Positions 59,158-64,000 of a DNA stretch of 64,000 nt are shown piece by piece. The position numbers and the translations under genes were made by a program. The notes below the pieces were generated by a model that saw only the letters and a list, made by a program, of their open reading frames with translations, was not told the DNA's origin and did not search any database. The stretch is taken from IMG/VR virus record IMGVR_UViG_3300020470_005894, positions 1 to 64,000 of that record. One strand, 5' to 3'. Source of the stretch: a virus. Each line of letters starts with the position of its first letter. Position 1 is the first letter of the stretch.

Positions 59158-59172
59158 TCACTAGTTCTCCCC

Positions 59173-59781
59173 TTAGGTCTCAGCCATGCCAGAAACGAAG
59201 TACTTCGTTATTGAATCAGTTGCTAGCACGCAAATAACATCAACAAAATCCCCAGCAATAGCTTTATTATCAACAAAAGTAACCACATTACTACCAACAG
59301 TAATACCCTGAGCCGCATTAGCGTCTCCTGTACAGGACGCTATTCTTCCTATTATTAAATCATTAGAAGTATCGCCACGAACTATAGTTATATTATTACT
59401 TCCAGTGCCTGCGTTGTTAATAGCAAATCGACAGTGCCAACCAATGAGCTGCGCAGCTTCGGCAGCATTGGTGGCAGTAGGCAAGGTGACAGCGAAATTA
59501 CCTTGATTTAAAGTTACAATGCCCCCACTGTAAATTACCGCGTTGTTTACATTAGATAGATCTAAAGCGCTATCTCTGCCTATGACAGCATATTTAAAGT
59601 GAGCAAAGCCTCCAGAACCGCCTCCGTCTAGAGAAAAAGCGTTGGCGACGCCATCATATTGTTTAAAACACAATAAAGCAGCGTTATCATTTACATTGTG
59701 TGTGAATACAGCCTGCGTGGCAACGGTATCTGTGTCCAATGTCACTATAGTATCAAGTTTTTCTCCCGGTTTAAAACCCAT
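59173..59781 (-). CDS. Fibre-associated virion protein
   Basis: VTLPTA...G beta-rich domain next to the fibre gene. Confidence 0.55.
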   Translation of the reverse strand: MGFKPGEKLDTIVTLDTDTVATQAVFTHNVNDNAALLCFKQYDGVANAFSLDGGGSGGFAHFKYAVIGRDSALDLSNVNNAVIYSGGIVTLNQGNFAVTLPTATNAAEAAQLIGWHCRFAINNAGTGSNNITIVRGDTSNDLIIGRIASCTGDANAAQGITVGSNVVTFVDNKAIAGDFVDVICVLATDSITKYFVSGMAET

Positions 59782-59792
59782 TGCGTCTCCTC

Positions 59793-60236
59793 CTACTCAG
59801 TTATACCTGAGCCAGTCATAGCATACATCGAACCAGTTGGAATATTGGTTAACGAGGCATAAATTTGAAATCCTGCTGCGCCACCCGGTGCAGAAAGATA
59901 AAGTTCCTTGCACTTAACATCAAAATCCATAGAGTCCTCATGGCTATCTAAGCGAATGTAATGACCACGGTCTACGATTGACTCTGGACCACCGGCTGAG
60001 CTAGTAGAGACAAAATGAATCCTAAGACCTGATGACGCAGCTGCCATCGAGCCTGAAAGTATAACTGTTACTTTTTTTGTCACGTAAGGAAACTGAACTC
60101 TCATCTCATTGTCTGCCGGTATGACAGAAGCAGTAACATAAGGGTGACCAGAAACCTGATATGATCCTACATTTCTTAAGCCAACACGCGTGGAACCCTG
60201 AAATATACGTGAATTTGAATCTGTTGGGTTTGCCAT
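59793..60236 (-). CDS. Virion protein
   Basis: GLRNVGSYQVSGHPY motif; located in the head operon. Confidence 0.55.
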   Translation of the reverse strand: MANPTDSNSRIFQGSTRVGLRNVGSYQVSGHPYVTASVIPADNEMRVQFPYVTKKVTVILSGSMAAASSGLRIHFVSTSSAGGPESIVDRGHYIRLDSHEDSMDFDVKCKELYLSAPGGAAGFQIYASLTNIPTGSMYAMTGSGITE

Positions 60237-60245
60237 TTTTCTCTC

Positions 60246-60476
60246 CTACTTTATATTTAGTTTTTGATTTCTTTCTCGCTCTGCTTTTCTAGCATTGCGC
60301 TTTTTTTTAAGTTTTTCTCTTCTCTTTTTCGCAGAAGGCTTTTCAAAAAATCTTCTATCTAAATAGTCTTCTATTATTCTTTCTTTTTTAACCTTTTTCA
60401 TGAATTTTTTTATAAGACGGTAACCATCGCCTTTTGTTTCTCTTAGAGAAACCTCAACGTTAACTGCTCTTTTCAT
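60246..60476 (-). CDS. rpsU: Ribosomal protein bS21 homolog
   Basis: LIKKFMKKVKKERII......FFEKPSAKKRR matches the S21 signature. Confidence 0.85.
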   Translation of the reverse strand: MKRAVNVEVSLRETKGDGYRLIKKFMKKVKKERIIEDYLDRRFFEKPSAKKRREKLKKKRNARKAERERNQKLNIK

Positions 60477-60865
60477 TTTTGCCCCATTAAAGTTTTCCAC
60501 TTACCACTCGAAAGTTTCTCTATAGCACTAATATCTACGCCAGTGTCTCCGGGAGAAACTCCTGACATAGGGCCACGCGAGTCATCAGGAATTTGTCTTG
60601 TTCCTGAAAATACATCACCAAATTTATTGGATTCGTTTAATCTTTTTATCTTTTCCTGTCTTTTTCTCTCTGCGCGTTCTTCCCTCAGAGCCATTTCTTG
60701 CTGAGTGATAGAAGAAGTATTTTTTTGTTCGACAATAGTATTATTGTTTAATCCACGTGCGACTTCTGCGACAACACTAGACAGCACGCCTTCTTGCAGC
60801 AACACTTCTTTAACTGTCTGCACTATTAATGGTTTTAAAATTTTTTTAAATTCTGATACTTTCAT
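60473..60865 (-). CDS. Hypothetical head-module protein
   Basis: MKVSEFKKILKPLI..VKEVLLQE; LNE motif. Confidence 0.65.
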   Translation of the reverse strand: MKVSEFKKILKPLIVQTVKEVLLQEGVLSSVVAEVARGLNNNTIVEQKNTSSITQQEMALREERAERKRQEKIKRLNESNKFGDVFSGTRQIPDDSRGPMSGVSPGDTGVDISAIEKLSSGKWKTLMGQK

Positions 60866-60866
60866 T

Positions 60867-61502
60867 TCAATCTCTCAATATTGAGTCTATTAGCTGATCT
60901 ATTTTTTTATCTTTTGATTCATTTAAATAAGCACCAATACCTGGATCCATATTGATCTTGGTGGTGACGTTCATAGAGGGTGAGAGATATGCGTTAGGAG
61001 TGGAAGGCTCAGACACCATATCAAAACAAATTAATTGAAAATCGTCTTGCACTTCTGTAATGCCATTCTTCTCATCAGTTGAGCCTAATCCTCTAGAAGA
61101 TATTCCCAGCTTGCATCCAGCTTTTACTAATTCTTTTAATATCTTGCCTGAAGGAGTTTCTAAAACCTCAATCTTTCCCATTACATTGTCACCTTCCCAC
61201 CACATTTTAGTGACAAGATGAGAGGCATTCTTTAAATTAATTACTGAATCATCGGGATGGTCTAATTCTCCTAGAGACCTCCTCTCTCTAATTGCTTTTT
61301 GGTAGTTTTCTACCTCTCTTTTCAAGGTTTCTCTACGATACACTCGTCCATTGCCGTTTTTTGTACCAGCTTTTTGACATATGCCCACAAGGTAGACTGC
61401 CCCCTCCATAACGTTTTTCTTCTCAGATTCAGATAAAACGTGCAGAGGACATCTACCTTCAGGACATAATTCGAAGTATTCCTGTAGAAGCTCCTTGGAC
61501 AT
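60867..61502 (-). CDS. Prohead maturation protease (T4 gp21-like)
   Basis: NGNGRVY, GELDHP, SH, GISSRGLGS, FDMVSEPS. Confidence 0.95.
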   Translation of the reverse strand: MSKELLQEYFELCPEGRCPLHVLSESEKKNVMEGAVYLVGICQKAGTKNGNGRVYRRETLKREVENYQKAIRERRSLGELDHPDDSVINLKNASHLVTKMWWEGDNVMGKIEVLETPSGKILKELVKAGCKLGISSRGLGSTDEKNGITEVQDDFQLICFDMVSEPSTPNAYLSPSMNVTTKINMDPGIGAYLNESKDKKIDQLIDSILRD

Positions 61503-61506
61503 TATT

Positions 61507-61671
61507 TTACTCGCTTCCGTTGCTGTTTGATTTCATACCTTTCTGACCCCAGTTTTTAGGGTATTTATTGGCACACTTGCCAGCGTTTCTAACACCCCAA
61601 GTCGTGCTTCCTGGGCCGTGGCCTTTAGGCGCGCTTGAATTTTCTTTTACAACTTTCTTCTTGTCAGACAT
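61507..61671 (-). CDS. Small basic protein
   Basis: Start MSDKK after AGGAG. Confidence 0.5.
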   Translation of the reverse strand: MSDKKKVVKENSSAPKGHGPGSTTWGVRNAGKCANKYPKNWGQKGMKSNSNGSE

Positions 61672-61711
61672 TTTATATACTCCTTTTAAAATGTTTAATA
61701 AAATGCGAGGC

Positions 61712-61777
61712 TCACCCTCGCGTGTTATGACTACCATTACAGCAGCGTCTTACTTGTGGTCTATTTTGCCGTTTCAT
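61712..61777 (-). CDS. 21-aa peptide MKRQNRPQVRRCCNGSHNTRG
   Basis: AGGAGGTG SD and TAATG coupling to the upstream gene. Confidence 0.45.
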   Translation of the reverse strand: MKRQNRPQVRRCCNGSHNTRG

Positions 61778-62088
61778 TAGTTATCACCTCCTTTTGTATT
61801 TCTAAATTTTAAGCCGAAATCATTCAATATCATGCTCAAGAAATAACTTGTCCCGGCAGCAAGCCATCCTAAAAGTAATCCGTTAATTAAATTGTAGTCG
61901 TAAGTAAATAGTTCTGTGTAACAATTGATGCTCCACAAAAACACTCCTGACCAAAAACCTAAACAAAGAGGGCAGTGAAACAATTCACCTAGCTTTCCTT
62001 TAGAAGGTCTAACAGAATTAAAAATAGATCCGTATACTAAAATATACGTTAATCCATAAGAACATAATACAAAATACAATAATTCCAC
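61777..62088 (-). CDS. DUF1360-like membrane protein
   Basis: GELFHCPLCLGFW with three hydrophobic segments. Confidence 0.7.
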   Translation of the reverse strand: MELLYFVLCSYGLTYILVYGSIFNSVRPSKGKLGELFHCPLCLGFWSGVFLWSINCYTELFTYDYNLINGLLLGWLAAGTSYFLSMILNDFGLKFRNTKGGDN

Positions 62089-62095
62089 ATATCAC

Positions 62096-62674
62096 CTATA
62101 ATCTATATATTGAATTAATACCATAACTTATCATATTGGGTGGTAGCGAGCCTTTGTTTTGCTGATGTCTACTAGGATCAAATTCTGTAAACTCATCCGG
62201 CTCAGGCTGCAAGAATTGTTCTTCGCTTTCCTTCTCAAATTCTTCTTTATCTTTGTAGAAAGGAAGTTCTTTGTCAATAAATTTAGACAAAGAGTATAAA
62301 ACATATTCTATTTTATCACCCTCGCCTGCAGCTTCTGGTATTTTTGCTTCCATAGACATAAAAATATTTCCAGCCTGTATACTATCATAAACTATGACAC
62401 CTTGTGAAGCAAGATGTTTAAAAAGTCTTTTTTGGCTAGTGTGTAACTCATCGTCTAAGTCATCTTTTGGGATGGAAACAATCTTACTAAGCTTACTCAT
62501 AATAAATATATCCATTTCTGGATGGTCTGAAATTATTATATTGCCATCAATTGTTGCGCGAGCTTTAAGAAATACTTTCTCTACTTCTTTATCTTGAATT
62601 TTTATTTTCAAAACTAAAGCTTTTTTAGGCTCTTGATCTGCAGGCCCGTCGAGTACTTTTATCTTAATTGCCAT
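62096..62674 (-). CDS. Hypothetical protein
   Basis: ORF track; coupled within the head operon. Confidence 0.65.
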   Translation of the reverse strand: MAIKIKVLDGPADQEPKKALVLKIKIQDKEVEKVFLKARATIDGNIIISDHPEMDIFIMSKLSKIVSIPKDDLDDELHTSQKRLFKHLASQGVIVYDSIQAGNIFMSMEAKIPEAAGEGDKIEYVLYSLSKFIDKELPFYKDKEEFEKESEEQFLQPEPDEFTEFDPSRHQQNKGSLPPNMISYGINSIYRL

Positions 62675-63488
62675 TATTGTTTAACTCGCTAACTAGAGAC
62701 TGAATTTTTAAAAACTCAGTCAGAAGGCTTTTATCAATTGCCCTACTATCGTAATTATCTACTCTTTCTATAATTTTCTTTAATTTTTCAGATGTGTTGC
62801 TGTCAGTCTCGTTCAACTTTTCTTGTAGAGATTCTTTAACTGCTTCAATTTGCTCATAAAGAGCTAATTTAAAATCCAGGCCACCGTCTTGATATGAGGT
62901 TATGTATTTGCCCAAAAGCTTCTTTTGGCCCTCGTTTAATTTTTCTGTATACTGGTCATTAAATTTTTCTATAAATTTTTTGACTGTTAAGTTATCAATA
63001 TTTTTAATTGTTTCTGCGCCATCAGATAAATTAGAATTAGAAGTCAGCCTTTTAACTATTTTCTCTTCCAACAAGACTTGATCTCGCGGCCCTAGTTTTT
63101 GTTGCAAAATTTGATTTAAAGTTGCTAAATCTTTAAAATTAGAAACAAAAATATTCCATGAATCCTTGCCATATTTTTTATTTATTTCATTTATTAACCT
63201 AGATTGCTCAGAAAAAATCTTTCTTTTATCTAAAGATGCATATTGTTTTTTTGCTTCAGCTAAAATCTTAATAACCGTCTGGGTATCTGTGTTTTCTAAA
63301 TCTTGAAAAGAATTATATATAGCCAACTCTTTACCTAGCGTTCTGTCCTTAGAGAAAAATTCTTTAATAACATTTATAGTGTTATTTTTTCTAGTAAAAT
63401 TTTCATTTATTGCAGAAACAGTCAATTCTTTTATAAGCACTTCATATAAAAAAGCAGTGTTTCTTTTCTTATTATGATTCAGTCTCAT
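62664..63488 (-). CDS. Hypothetical head-module protein
   Basis: HNKKRNTAFLYE start; helical; follows the probable portal gene. Confidence 0.65.
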   Translation of the reverse strand: MRLNHNKKRNTAFLYEVLIKELTVSAINENFTRKNNTINVIKEFFSKDRTLGKELAIYNSFQDLENTDTQTVIKILAEAKKQYASLDKRKIFSEQSRLINEINKKYGKDSWNIFVSNFKDLATLNQILQQKLGPRDQVLLEEKIVKRLTSNSNLSDGAETIKNIDNLTVKKFIEKFNDQYTEKLNEGQKKLLGKYITSYQDGGLDFKLALYEQIEAVKESLQEKLNETDSNTSEKLKKIIERVDNYDSRAIDKSLLTEFLKIQSLVSELNNNGN

Positions 63489-64000
63489 TTTTATTATTCT
63501 CCAAAGATTCAATCAAATTTTTAATTTCAATATTATTTTTTAGTATTTCTCTTTCTTGATCGTCGTAGTAATTAGGTTCTAATCCTTCAGAAAAACTGTA
63601 ATTAAGCAAACCACCATCTTTTAAGAAAGATCTTTTGCTCTTTCCAGTGTTCTGCATGCCAGCCATGGCTTTCTGCGATTGTGTCAGGCCTCTTCTTTTG
63701 TCCAGGCCAGGCTTGTTGGGCTTGTACCACTTACCCTTTGATTTTTTTGTGCTTGTTTCAATTCTACCATATTCATCTTTCTTCGCTACTAACGAGTTGT
63801 CGTCACGCTTTCCTAACGGAGGTTCGTCTCCGCCACCAGGGGTGGCTAAAAGAGCACCTTCTTCTTCAGCGGGTGGTGTATCTTCTGCCGCAGGAGCCTC
63901 GCCGCCCATGTCAGCGCCCATATCAGCGCCCATATCAGCACCCATATCAGCACCCATATCAGCACCCATATCAGCACCCATGTCAGCGCCGCCGCCGGCT
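63472..64000 (-). CDS. C-terminal part of a gene entering from beyond the window, probably the portal protein
   Basis: Frame is open to the window edge; low-complexity acidic tail; portal identity inferred only from gene order before the protease. Confidence 0.45.
   Translation of the reverse strand, partial: AGGGADMGADMGADMGADMGADMGADMGADMGGEAPAAEDTPPAEEEGALLATPGGGDEPPLGKRDDNSLVAKKDEYGRIETSTKKSKGKWYKPNKPGLDKRRGLTQSQKAMAGMQNTGKSKRSFLKDGGLLNYSFSEGLEPNYYDDQEREILKNNIEIKNLIESLENNKNETES
63905..63988. repeat. 12-bp tandem repeat x7 encoding (A-D-M-G)n
   Basis: cccat(a/g)tcagc(a/g) repeated seven times in frame. Confidence 0.95.

Noticed and set aside
61705-61721. Selenocysteine read-through of the peptide's TGA
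   Set aside because: The TGA is inside the hairpin rather than upstream of it as in bacterial SECIS elements, and no Sec machinery is visible.
485-62597. All plus-strand ORFs in the track
   Set aside because: They lie antisense to well-supported minus-strand genes and show no recognisable motifs; treated as shadow ORFs.
63905-63988. Possible CRISPR array
   Set aside because: Contiguous 12-bp coding repeat with no spacers; no cas genes in the window.
1-64000. Alternative genetic code (stop-codon recoding seen in some large phages)
   Set aside because: Conserved genes are full length under code 11, TAA, TAG and TGA all end genes, and no suppressor tRNA is present.
1-64000. Cellular chromosome or prophage (groEL, clpP, dnaE, recA, gmd, guaB, def)
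   Set aside because: These genes are divergent, lack bacterial operon context, and are co-oriented with a T4-like structural module; no integrase or host junction seen.

Overview
This 64-kb window is part of a large, AT-rich, T4-like (myovirus, probably jumbo) bacteriophage genome. Essentially all real genes are on the minus strand and use the standard genetic code. In transcription order (right to left) it contains five blocks. (1) Head module: probable portal C-terminus, gp21 prohead protease, ribosomal protein bS21, a 1891-aa fibre, scaffold and gp23 major capsid protein. (2) Neck, tail and baseplate genes: gp13/14/15-like, sheath, tube, chaperone pair, tape measure and baseplate. (3) Replication and nucleotide genes: minimal family-A polymerase, divergent tubulin/FtsZ-like protein, SSB, RecA/UvsX, deaminase, GDP-mannose dehydratase, 5'-3' exonuclease, helicase, class II RNR, DnaE, HNH-AP2 endonuclease, dUTPase and IMPDH. 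(4) A protein-homeostasis set: GroES, GroEL, ClpP, Hsp20, peptide deformylase and glutaredoxin. (5) Three tRNAs and a >990-aa ORF missing from the ORF track. The most interesting signals are non-coding: a recurrent CTAnTTA(T/C) late-promoter-like motif, a three-way-junction leader RNA with complementary (kissing) loops, a hairpin that hides the def Shine-Dalgarno with a late promoter in its loop, a ROSE-like thermometer before hsp20, and a probable +1/-2 frameshift in the tail chaperone. All calls come from reading motifs by eye; no database searches were run.
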